A stretch of 64,000 nt of DNA from Yuukianura sp. NJ FZ-2021. Lineage: Eukaryota. The translations under genes were made by a program, and so were the position numbers. Below, piece by piece: positions 17,095 through 28,570 of this stretch. How positions within the stretch are numbered: position 1 is the stretch's first letter; every line of letters starts with the position of its first letter. The DNA lies in NCBI GenBank assembly GCA_046563655.1, contig CM102287.1:10478001-10542000 (forward strand), written 5' to 3'. The notes under the pieces were generated by a model, which did not search any database, was not told the DNA's origin, and saw nothing but the letters and a program-made list of their open reading frames with translations.

Positions 17095-18173
17095 ATGACC
17101 TGGATACTGGCCCTTCTCACACTTGTGGTTCACGGTGGCTCAACAGAAATGATGACCCTGAATGGCCAAGGGCCTAGGAACCAGTTGCTGCTTCACAATC
17201 ACACAAGTAAGTTCAGTGTCTCCTGAGAATCCTTTAATATAAGAATTATTCAATTATTCAGGAATGGAAAGAGAGAGAAAGTGTGCTTTCCCTGCTGTCT
17301 CTTATGTTAATTCCCACCTTACCTGCATGCTTTCTCCATTCGGACTTAATGGGATTTTGATGTGAACAGAAGTGCCTCTACGGTTCTCCTGTGACAACGT
17401 CTCCCGAATCTGCACCGGAGACTTCACCGAGTGTCGTAAAAATGTTTGTAATTGCCTCGAGGGCTACGCACCAAGAGCGGACAACCCCGATCACTGTGGT
17501 GGTAAATGAAGTCAATTAAAGCAATTCTCAATTAGTTTATTTTTTAAATATTTAAAATAAGTGTTTACCCAGAACGCATGCTGTACACCGTGGATCTGCG
17601 GACAGACCCCACCATGATTGGGGTGGTCATAGGCCTCGTTCTCATGTCAGTTACGCTCTGTATAGTTATGAGGCTCTTTGCCAAGTAAGTGACTTGCTTT
17701 TATAATTAACTGAATAAGCAATTAGTCTAATGCAAGAGTGTCACATTTCTTTTGTTGACTAGAGCTCGATTCCGGGAGAATAGAACAATTTTTAATACGC
17801 CAAATCCTAGGCTTATGAATGTTAGCTTAGTCAAGGGATCCAAACACTTCTTCCGTGGCCACTCTGCCATCGCTGCTTCTGGGCGACGAGGCAGCTCCGT
17901 GTCCGACAACAGCGAGGCAGATACTTCACCTCCTCAGTCTACTGCTCCGCGTAACTCAATTATGCTTCCTTCCCTACCACACAATCAACTAATTACTCCA
18001 TTTCTAACCAAATTTCAGAGGAAATGTCGCGAGGAAGAGGAAAAGTGTTGCGACAGCAGAGCACCGACACAACTGTAGACACACCGACGCCCAGTACGAG
18101 CGGAGGAGCTCCGCGTCTGCCCAAGACATACAAATACCGACAAGATTCTGTGGCTTCAAACTCCCATCTCTAA
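17095..18173 (+). CDS. Uncharacterised single-pass membrane protein: signal peptide, six-Cys EGF/EB-like module, TM helix, cytoplasmic tail
   Basis: Five in-frame exons: MTWILALLTLVVHG...; CDNVSRICTGDFTECRKNVCNCLEGYAPRADNPDHC; DPTMIGVVIGLVLMSVTLCIVMRLFAK; ARFRENRTIFNTPNPRLMNVSL; last exon ends TAA 18171-18173. Confidence 0.8.
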
Positions 18174-18694
18174 TTAACCTTTGACCTTGTCTCCTCTCGA
18201 CTCAACTCTCTCTAACCTGTGATTTACTTTGGAGTACTTTTACCCTACTCTCTCATTACAAACCACTTGAGCCTGCCCATTGCCTAACGTTAGTCTTAAG
18301 AAATAAGTAAGGAACCAAGTGCCCCTTGTGCCTAACTCGAAATCCATCTCTGGATTCAACTTGAACCTTAACTCCAATACTCAGTCGGACTAAACCTGGA
18401 ACAAAGGCACTAACTCTCAAGGATACCTCAATTACCTTACTAAGTATTCTACTCCACAACTACTTTTAATTGTTCAATACAACTAGGAATTGAGTCAATA
18501 ATTTACGTCAATACCTTCAACTCAAGTAATCAAGATAAAGAGGAAATAAATCCTACAAACCAATGGCTCACTTACTAAGTCACTAAGCTGTTTCTTTCCT
18601 AAGACATCCCCTTACAAATGAATAAGACTAGCTTACGCAGTGGGATCGCAGAATGGAAATGTGGAATGTGGTTTGATGGAGCGATAGATTTCTT

Positions 18695-19354
18695 TCAGCG
18701 CAAATCTTCGGGGTTGAACATGCCTGGGAAACGAATGAAAGCATTAGATTGTTAGACTTAAAGAGTGAAAGTCAAAGAGAAGGTTACCCCTGGCTCTTCT
18801 TAGAATGGAGTCTTTGGATGGATCATAGGGATGGTCCTTTGAAGGGATTTCCAGCACAGCGGGGATTGCAGCAGTGTGTGTGTCTATCACATGACGAATC
18901 ATCTCCGCAATCTACAAATACAATCAAAACTATCACCATTTCTAACATTTTCCATGGTTGGGTGATCGGTTTACGTTCTGATTGATGAGGATGATATCAA
19001 TGTCGTCTCGCTTGATGAACCGCTTGAACGTTTCTTCAATCTCGCTCACACTCGTTCCTGAGGATTACAGAAACAAAATCATTAACAGTTGATATCAATT
19101 GCGACTGATCCAATGGAAAAATATGGATTGTAAGTGTAGGAAATGACCTTTGTCAACGACCATGAAGTTTGGCTGTCGATTCTTGTTTAGCTCTCCAATT
19201 CCTCCCAGCAGAAATCCCACGCAAGTATCCTAATCAATGAAATGAAACAACCATCAATTAGTTAAGAATTAATCAAGACAGGCAATCAGAGTGTACTTGC
19301 CTCGTCACCAATCACAGAGATCAGTTTCCCACGAATTGCTGAGTGCATCGTCAT
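18695..19354 (-). CDS. ATP6V1F: V-type proton ATPase subunit F
   Basis: Spliced [45 protein letters not shown]...[17 protein letters not shown]...[30 protein letters not shown]. Confidence 0.96.
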
Positions 19355-20083
19355 CTTACCCAACTCCCTTAATTAGGACTGAGATTCACAAATTAACTGG
19401 ATATTTCAATTCAATTAACTTTTTAAATTAGTAATGGGATTAGCAACCAAAAACAGCTGTAAAAAGACAACAATCGGAAACACCCAAAACAAGCATGTAC
19501 TTTGTGGGTTCGGCATAACTTTGGCATAGACCGAGCTCAATAACACTAACCTCTTCGGGAACTGTGGCAACTAAAACTATTGAGGTTTGTAAATCAAAAG
19601 CCTCCCGCACCCAAAGTTCACATCTCTGCTCTACCCAAGCCAAAATTAAACTTGGGATTTCGCGCGCTTTTCTGGAATGGAGTGAACTGACTAAAATTGT
19701 CGTAGAATTTACGTTGAAAATTGAGTTGTAATTAATTATATAAACCTGTCAATTTATTAAAAGACAAGGGAATAGGAAAAGAGTAAAGAAGATATAACAT
19801 TTTCACCTGAGGTGAAAGGCCCTTGCAAATATTAACCTTAAGACAAAATATGAACATAAACATCCTACATTAACAGTGCAATAAGAAAAGGCGCAACTAT
19901 TTGTAAGTAAATGTCAAAGTAGTTTCCCTTTAGGCTAACCACGTTCGGAATGAATTTGTTCCTTTGGATAGGAATATTTGAGAATGAGAGGATAAAGGTC
20001 GGGGCTTACCTTGGAAGAGAAATGATACAAGAATGAGGATGAGTAGTTTGAATGCACTTAGGATGGAGAAAGGATGGTTGGAT

Positions 20084-23000
20084 TCAGTTGTCGTGTCGAG
20101 ATTTCTTGGGAGAGCGGATGTAGCCCACCCCCACGCGGCATCTCTCAGCTAACTCTTGTGGGTCAACGGAATTGACGTCGGACGACGCTCTCTTTCGATT
20201 GTGCAGAGATGGGTCAAGGGGCGACCTCTGCTTCAAAGTCTCCACATCCACAAACGTCACGGTGGCTCCTCCGTTGTTCGTCACCACATCAGCCTAAACC
20301 ACAAATGATCCACTTGTTAAAATGAACAATTAAAAGGATGGAAGGAGAAATAAATGTTTGGATGCGTACCTTGTAGAGCTGAGTCTCAATGTCCCCTTCT
20401 GCGTTCTGGATGTCTCTCCTCAGGCAGTAGTTGGTGGTTTTAGGAGAAGTCAAGTCTTCTAGGCGTACTTTGGACACTGATTTGCTCTTCTTGAACACTG
20501 GCTGCAAAAGTGTACTTCCAGTCAAGGCAGCATTCGGCATTGGGGTGTGTTCCAGCCATCTCCCTTCTCCTTGCACTTGGGATCGAGAACGTCTTGGATT
20601 AATGAGTGCAACATTACTCAGCTCGATTGGGGCCTTCAATTCAGAAAACAAAGTTATAAAATCCAAGGAAAACTCAGCTAAAGGAAAGTATAGTTCGGCA
20701 CAAAACCTGTTGTTGCGAAGCGACTGGAAATTGAGATGTAGATTTAGATTTAGACGGTACGCTTCGACTCCTCATCTGAACCTGAGAGTCTGAACTTGTG
20801 GATCCAGACAACAAAGAAGAGTCGTCTTGAGCTCTATTGCGTCGAGAGGGAGAACGAGACTGTCTTCCACTGGCACTGCTAGTGTCTGGCTCCACTTGGT
20901 TGACCAATTCCTTCATGGCAGCGATGGCTTTGTCTTTGTGCTTGTACTTTTCCTTCAAGCGACTCTCCTCCTTCTTCATCTCACGCTCTCTCTTCACACA
21001 GTCCAACTGCCGCTGCAAACCAAGATCCTTGACCAGACGCTTCCGCTCTTCATTGTGCTTCATCTCCAACTGACGATACTCCTCCTTCAGTCTCGAAATC
21101 TACAGGAAAGGAACAGTTTAGTGCAGAAACAAATGAAATTCAACAAGGGCGATTAAAAATGAGTTACCTCCTGCAAGAGGTCGCTGTTGTTCCGTTCAAT
21201 TTGTTCTTTTGCTTCCGTCAGTTGATCTTTCTCGTAAGTGAGCTTCTCAATTACTCCATTTCTCATCCTCCGGTCTTCATCCGCCTTTTGCAACTTACAA
21301 GCGAGATTCTCCAGTTCAACAGTCTGCGCATTAATCCAGCGCTCCCGTTCCACCAACAAATTCCGAAACTCCGTTCCTAACGAAAAACAAATCATTTAGT
21401 TTCAATTTGTTTTCAAAGAATGGAAAACAGAGACTGGTTGTGACTTACGTTTCTCCAGAAGCTGTGAATTGAGTGCAGTTTTCCAATTCTTTCTCTCTTC
21501 GACCGCTCGTTTTAACTTTTCCAAGACCTCTCTCCCTTCTTCTGGTTTGAGGAATCTGTCGAGTGGGAGGATTTTGGTAATTGTCTCCATAGAAACGACT
21601 GGAACACCAAGAACCTCCACACCATGCTTCGGCACTACGTTCACAACCTAATCCAGAAAAGAAACATGAGTTAGGACAGACATATAAGGATGGTTCAACT
21701 TAAGGCGTTAGGAATTAAATTCCTTACCAAATTGTCCCTGCGTCGCGGTGTGAAGGGAGGAGGATCGGGCCGTGATGGCTGTCGAGTTACTTCAATCTCC
21801 TGGGCTTGTTCCGCAAATGTACACACGTGCTGAAAACAAGATTCCAATTTTAGTTGAAAAGGAGTAAAGATAATAAAATCCTAGAAGTTTCACATAATCG
21901 GGTATAATTCAGCGAATCTTGCACTCCTGAATCGCTTACGGAAAGATACTCAGTCATGCTCTTCACAATTGACTCACTTTCCCACCAGACACTTCCCTTA
22001 TTTCACTCTCAATGAAAATTTAAATTATAATTTTCATTTATCTTGCTAAAACTAAAAGTCGTTCCATAATTCCTTACTGCTCTTTTCAAGTTAAAATATA
22101 AACAAAGTTCAGGAAAAAATTAAAATACTTGATCAATTTCAAGTAGTGTTCATAAAAACATTGCAAAAAATGAAATCTTGTACCCTTCCTGGCATCGTAT
22201 TAGAAATAGCAAAATGGATTGGATTCTGATTTCTAAAATGAATTTCCTGTTTGATTCTTGAGTGTACAGAGGAGATTGTTACCAGATTTTCGTCGTAGTC
22301 TTCAGCTCGGGGGTTGATGCAGAGAAGCATGCAAATTCTGCCTTGGCCCTCGAAGTAAGATTTCAGAAAATTAGTCAACTTGTCATCTCTGTAAGGGACG
22401 ACTGCTTCACGGTCTCCGCGTTGCTGTCTCTTCCGAAGGGCCACCATACACTTGTGCAGATTCATGATACTCGCATTAATTCGACCTGAAATAACAAAAG
22501 AACCTATTAGTTACAAGGGGAGGGGGAAAGAATAAAAGAATCAAGTGACCTGCTTCTCGAAGTCGGTCACCAACCGTCTGCGTTCTTGTGTTCCGCTCGC
22601 TTCCAGCCAAATCCACTAGCGACAGCTGACTCACGCGAATCAAACTCTTGTCATCAACAACGTCGTCTTCCACTGCGTCATATGGAGCCTATCAATCAAA
22701 TTTCAATTGATTCTCACTCGTTTATGGGCAATTAGTACATTTCCATTCCTTTAGACTCAGAAATACATGAATAAATTCATACCTGAACCAAACGAACGTT
22801 GAAAATGGAATGGCTGCGACTGGATTCCGTGTTGAGCAACGTCTGAGCAAACTTTCTTCGTTTCTGTCCCCGTTTCAAGACTTGGAGAGCCTCTTCCGCA
22901 GATTCAACCTCCACTTCCACCACGTTGTGAACATACATGTTGCCAGAAGCATCTGAACGAGTGATCTTCGCTTGAGGTCCACTCGTCTTCTTGGAAAAAT

Positions 23001-23932
23001 CAGGCACATAGGAGGCTTCATCCAAAAGGTCGTAGATGCTCTTGTTGTAAATCTGGACGTAGGTCACAAAGACAGAGAAAACGTTCTCATTCTCATTGCG
23101 AGGAACAAGAGTCGTAGAGTCCAATGCTCTTTCTTCATCTTCAGAGTCTGGACCACTGGACGCTGGAGTCGGAGTGCTCCCAATGTTAGCCGCACTGGAA
23201 AAATACGAAACCAAGATGATATATGATACATGCAATTGAAAATGTGAGGGAATGCTTTGAAGAAGTAGGAAAAAGACATACCTCCTGAGATTCCTTGGAG
23301 TTGGCTTATTGAGTTCCTGCTGTCTCTGTAGCATAATTTCAACCTTTGACTGGCAGTCGAATCCATTCATATGGTCTGGTTTGAATGTATACTTTGTGGC
23401 TTTTCTGGTCTGGATAGAATTGAAGAGGACATCCAAGACACGAGGCATGACTCCCGGTTGTTCTGCAGTTCCAGACATTGTGAATGTTTTCCCAGATCCA
23501 GTCACTCCATATGCGAACAGAAGGGAACTCTTCCCATCCAGCAAGTCCTGCAACCATCAATTATGTCTATTCAATTCCAAATCAACTAATTCAGTTGAGT
23601 GTAAATCTAACCTGAACGAGAGGACGAGCTACTTGGTCGAAGACTTGTTTTTGTGTGGACTGTTGATCGAAGACATTGTTGAATGTGTAAGTGCCTTGTT
23701 TGGCCTTGTTCCAGGAGAGACTCTGTGGTGGATAAACACAGACTGCATTTGGATACTTGACTTCTAGACATGTCTCCCCATCTGACTCCATTGGTTTGAC
23801 ACGGCAATACACTTGGACAGGGTCAGTTTCAGTGGACTCCTTCATCGTTGCAGCAGAGGGGACTGGATTCGGTCGCTTGGTAGCCTTGGATGCGGATGTG
23901 ACTGGATGTCGCTTACTGTAAACGAAATCCAT
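20084..23932 (-). CDS. KIF23: Kinesin-6 family motor KIF23/MKLP1 (pavarotti)
   Basis: P-loop [41 protein letters not shown], the kinesin-6 loop insertion, a coiled coil, and an MKLP1-type C-terminal domain (RWLEHTP...GDIETQLYK...[14 protein letters not shown]). Confidence 0.95.
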
Positions 23933-24137
23933 ACGTTTACTTACTGTTTCAGAGATTCACTGATGACAAAGTTATAATCGTTGTTTAAGTTAAATTAAAT
24001 AGAGAACACAAATTGAATGGAGGATTCTGTTTAGAACAACTTCCAACGACCAACTGAAAAAGAAAAGGGAAAGGGACCGGAGAAAAGGAGCGGGAGAATG
24101 CTCTCTTCTGATTGGCTGCTTTCATTTTTTGAAAATG

Positions 24138-24300
24138 TATTTCCGCCGCGTCTCAACCTGCCCCAACTAAAAAGTGTCTAATTCTCTGATAAGTTTTAAA
24201 TATCCGATATCGGATATTTCGAACTTATCAGAGAATTAGACAACTTATCAGAGAATTAGATACTTTTTGTATTCGGGTCGATTGAGACGCGGCGGGAATA
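24138..24300. repeat. Foldback/palindromic element in the divergent KIF23-TXNL1 promoter
   Basis: Outer arms TATTTCCGCCGCGTCTCAA / TTGAGACGCGGCGGGAATA; inner arms GTCTAATTCTCTGATAAGTT / AACTTATCAGAGAATTAGAC; perfect 22 bp centre AAATATCCGATATCGGATATTT at 24198-24219. Confidence 0.9.
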
Positions 24301-24448
24301 AATTTTGAATTCATTTATAAATTCAATTCAAAACAAAAACAAAACACAAAGTTCAAATGAACTCATACTCAATCAGAAGACAAGTAAAAGTGTACGTTAA
24401 TTAGTGAATTAATTGTTAAGGAGAGTCAACTCTACACACTTGTCTAAG

Positions 24449-25568
24449 ATGGACGTAGAAGGCATGACGAGTGACGCCCACTTTGCGACATACATGGAGA
24501 CTGTGGGTCGAAAGTCGCTGGCTGTCGTACTGTACTTCCTCAAAGACAGTGCTGCTTGCACCACCATCCAACCCATATTCAGATCACTCAGTGCCAACTT
24601 CCACTCTATCAAATTCATCAAGGTAATCCACACCCAAAACCAATTTTCAATTCAATTAACTCAAATTCTTGTAACAGGTTGATGCGGATCTGTGTCGAGC
24701 GACCATTCAGAAGCACAACATCCAAGTGATGCCTACTTTTGTGTTGTACAAAAACATGGAACCCCTCCAAGTTATTCAGGTCAATTCACCTCCTTTTCTG
24801 TCCTTCAACTAATTGACTAAGAGATTAATTGATTTACCTTAGGGTGCAAAGCCTCTTGAGCTGGAGGAAGTTCTACGCCAACAGTTGGCAAAGGAGAGAG
24901 TGGAAATGCCTGACGTTGAAGTGGGACTTTGCATGGGTCCTGGTGGAGTGGGTGATTTGTCCTTGTATGTTGATCCCAATCGTTCAGAGTGCCTCAATGT
25001 GTCTGATCTCACTCCATTCTCAGGATTCCTTGCAAGGAAGAACCGACTGGAGTCGGATTGTGATGAGCAGCTTATTCTCGTCTATGGATTCAACCAACCT
25101 GTCAAAGTAAATCAAAACTTTAGAAAAACAGCACTCTGTTCAAGAATTCTCGACTATTACTTTGTTTTTAGATCAAGTCACTCAAAATCAAAGCTCCTTG
25201 CGACACTGGTCCTAAACGTTTGAAGCTTTTCATGAATCAGGTAGCATCCCTGGATTTCAACGACGTCAACCAGTTCACACCGACGCAAGAAATCAAGTAA
25301 GAAACTGCATCAGTTCTTAAGTTCTAAGACTACCAAGTGTAAATGTCTCTACTTTCATAGACTTGGACCGGAGGATCTAAATGGAGAGTTGAGCTTTGAA
25401 CTGAACCAGGCTCGATTCCAGAATGTTACGAATCTCCACATTTTCATTCCAGAGAACATGGGGAACACGGAAATGACAGAAGTGAGCTGGATGACAATTT
25501 ATGGTGAGCCCATGACCCCTGCCAAAGGAATCACTGGCAAAACGGAACAAGTCGTCTTTCTGGACTAG
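24449..25568 (+). CDS. Thioredoxin-like + PITH domain protein (TXNL1-like), active site SAAC
   Basis: Trx fold (FIK|VDADLC...IQVMPTFVLYKN) followed by PITH (SECLN...LESDCDEQLILVYGFNQPVK...GPKRLKLFMNQ...RFQNVTNLHIFIPEN); stop TAG 25566-25568. Confidence 0.88.
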
Positions 25569-25688
25569 CCATTCTAAGAGTATTTTCCGTTTTTATTGTG
25601 ACTTTAGTGTAGAATAAAAGAGTAAAAACAGCGAATAGAGTTCCGGACCACTTCTCTCGCTGCGCTGTTTGAAATAGAATGTTTTGTC

Positions 25689-28074
25689 TTACTTGGGACT
25701 GGAAACGTTTCTTGCAATGTTGAGGTTGATTTTGTGGATGGCGTTGGCGAGGAGTCCTCTGTAGTTGTATATGGAATTGAAACTCTCTGCCTGTTGGTTG
25801 TAGCCAGAGTCAACTGCCTTCACCCAAACTTCAAGTTTCTGACCACTGTCACCACGCACGTCCACAGTGGCAGTCCAGAGGGACCACGCCCAGTTCCTAC
25901 TTGACTCTTTCCTCTACAACAACAAATGTTACATTTCCTTCTCTCCAATTAGAAACATTAAAATTACTTTAAGAATTCCACTTACTGTTTCGTCGGAACT
26001 GAGTTTGGCCACTTGCCAGCTCTTGCCCTTATCCGTTGAAATTTCTACCCGCACAATGGCTCTGCCACCTCCAGAGAAAGCGTATCCCTCCAGTGTCACT
26101 TTCTGTCCGGGAGAAACAGTGTCGCCTGACTTGTGAGAGCAAATGTACGAAGTGACTGGAGTGTCTTGAATGGCGGGAGCCGCAGAAAAGTCCACTGTGT
26201 CCATGGTTACAGAAGAATTGAAGACCTTGTAGTCTCTCTGTTGCCATGGGGATTGATTCTCCTTTTCACTGATCACAATTCGACCTACACAGAAGAAGGC
26301 GTTTTTCAATTGGAAATTCGAAAGGGTGGTCTAAATTCTGATTTTGTGAGTACTTACTAAGCCATTTGGTGCTCCTGGCTCCAACTATGCCTGGCAGAAT
26401 GACTCTGACTGGAAATCCATGGTCCAAAGGGAGTGGGCGATGATTCATTTCAAAAGCAAGGATCGGGGTGAAATTGTTGTCCAAGAGATAAGACAGTGGA
26501 ATGGAAGAGCCATAACACTCTCCCGACTGATCACTGTCCATCCCTTCGAACTGAATGTGCAGTTTGTGTGGGTTGGGGTAGTTTTCTAGTCGAAATCCAG
26601 ATGCTGCCAGCACATCCTTCAGACTCACTCCTGTCCACTCTGCATTTCCAATTGCACCGCCAGTCCAAGCCAACCCAGCCACTGGTTTCACAATCCCCAT
26701 CTCACTTCGTCTGTTTCCTCCGCATTGGATAGTAGCTGCAATGGTCACTCGTCGGAACTTCTGAAGCTGCTCCAGTGTAAATTCTTTTCCAGAAACACCG
26801 ATTCCCGCAATCTCTAAACGATACGAATTGACGTCCACAGCAGGGACTGGTAAGTGGTTTCTCACGTAGAAAAGTTCACTGGAACAAAAACAATCATTTA
26901 GAAAGATTATGATCAAATTTTGAATGAAATCAGTTGGACTTTTACGTTCTTAACTGACTTGGGAGTGAAGAACTTGTGTGGCAGAATGACTGGAGGAGAC
27001 TCTCCATTGAATGGCTTCTGAGCTCTGATGAGAAATGCAGGGTGGCGTTTGGGTTCATTTTTGAAGTGACCCAGGTCACCGGCGTCCAACTTCACTTGAT
27101 CCTCTTCCGCCAAATTCCCTGGAATCAAACAATAGTTTTAGTTGATCGCCATTTGGTTTTTATTGTAGTCAGTATTCGCAACAAATACCCGCTGAAAATA
27201 CTAATCTCAGTTTGGAAAAAAATAAACTGTATTCTTATGATTGTGAACTTAGCTTACCAATGCGATGTTTCTCTAGAATTTCGTAGACGTCTGATCGTTG
27301 GTGAGTTGGGTACAATTCCCAGAATGGTTCGAGTGAACCACCAGCCGCCATCATGATTCTGTCTCCTCCCGGATGCTTGGACACAAAGTCTGTTACGTCG
27401 TAAACTCCACGATGGAATGTCACCCACACCTTAACATGGGCACAGAAACAGAAAGTAAATCAATGACTGATTCGGGAACAGGAAGAGGCACTCACCCTGC
27501 GACTGATGTCATAATGGTCCGACACTTCCACTGATTTGAACGTAGGTAAAGATGGAACGACTCGTGTTGAAGGTAGTTCCGGAACGGAGAGTGCTGGAAG
27601 ATTGAAAGGATTAGACACTTGTAGTTTTTTAGGATTCTTAATGGATACTAACCAAGTACTTGAGTTGAGTCCTTCCGAAGTGCAAAGTATCCTCCCAATA
27701 CAACTAGCCCAGCACCAATTGAATACAGGTACAGCGAACTTGTGCCCCATTGTTTGGAATGTGACTTTGGCCCACTGGAGTCAAAGTTGTGGAAGAACCG
27801 ACTGCTTGTCGTAAATTGAGCAATAGACCCATCACTTTCCTTCCAATCAGTTTTGTGACGTGGAGGAGTACTTGAAGTATCTATTGCACTGGAAGTTGCT
27901 CTGCAACAAAAACAAAGACTCATTCAAAACAAGAGACAACCTTTAACAACTGCTTAATTCGTTGATTGTTTTGGATTCGTTTCCTTACCTGTAAAACTTG
28001 ACCTGCTTTCCAGAGTAAAAGAAGGATTGCCTGGTTCCATAAATTCGACAACCGAACTTCATGCTAGTGGCCAT
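25689..28074 (-). CDS. SUOX: Sulfite oxidase, mitochondrial
   Basis: Cytochrome b5 domain (VWVTFHRGVYDVTDFVSKHPGG), Moco domain (FYVRNHLPVP, QCGGNRR, DHGFPVRVILPGIVGARSTKWL) and dimerisation domain (GYAFSGGGRAIVRVEIS, IYNYRGLLANA). Confidence 0.96.
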
Positions 28075-28296
28075 TTCCTTTGTGACTCCACTCAACCTAA
28101 TTATTAATCAACTAATCCAGCTAACAATTAAATTAATTAACTTAATTGCACAAACACATTGCTTCTTTTTTGATTTATGTAGTTAGTTTTGGAATTTTAA
28201 TTTTGATTTGTCACTTTTTAAAAACCTTCCCGCAATTTTGTCTCAAGACAAGTCATAGTAGTGCCTAGTACTCAGATAACCATGTTCGCAGTTTCT

Positions 28297-28428
28297 GTTG
28301 TTTTCGGAGGATTAGCCTCCAAGTTGACTTGGATTGCACTTGAGACGAAAAGACAGAAACAAAAGTTGTAAAAGCAGCTTGTCCGCACGGCGGTCCGCAC
28401 TCGGAATTGAGATTCACATAAATAGTTC
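28297..28428. repeat. 132 bp dispersed repeat, copy 1 (SUOX/GMC divergent promoter)
   Basis: Matches 50158-50289 with two substitutions by my reading. Confidence 0.95.
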
Positions 28429-28482
28429 AGAGGAGTAAAATCCAACTCCTCGAGGAGTAGGATCCAACTTCCTTCGCTCTCA

Positions 28483-28490
28483 TATAAAAG
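28483..28490 (+). promoter_or_regulatory. TATA box of the GMC oxidoreductase gene
   Basis: TATAAAAG ~90 bp upstream of the ATG at 28571. Confidence 0.6.
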
Positions 28491-28570
28491 GGAAGTCAGA
28501 CCAAAATCACTTCGACATTCACACAAATAACTTTAGAGGAGTAACATCCAACTTCTGGTTCTGATTAACG

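Noticed and set aside
21900..21975. Possible C/D snoRNA in the long KIF23 intron (minus strand GTGAAGA...CTGA...CTGA)
   Set aside because: Box C is imperfect, the unit is short and I cannot identify an rRNA/snRNA target; needs an Infernal/snoscan run.
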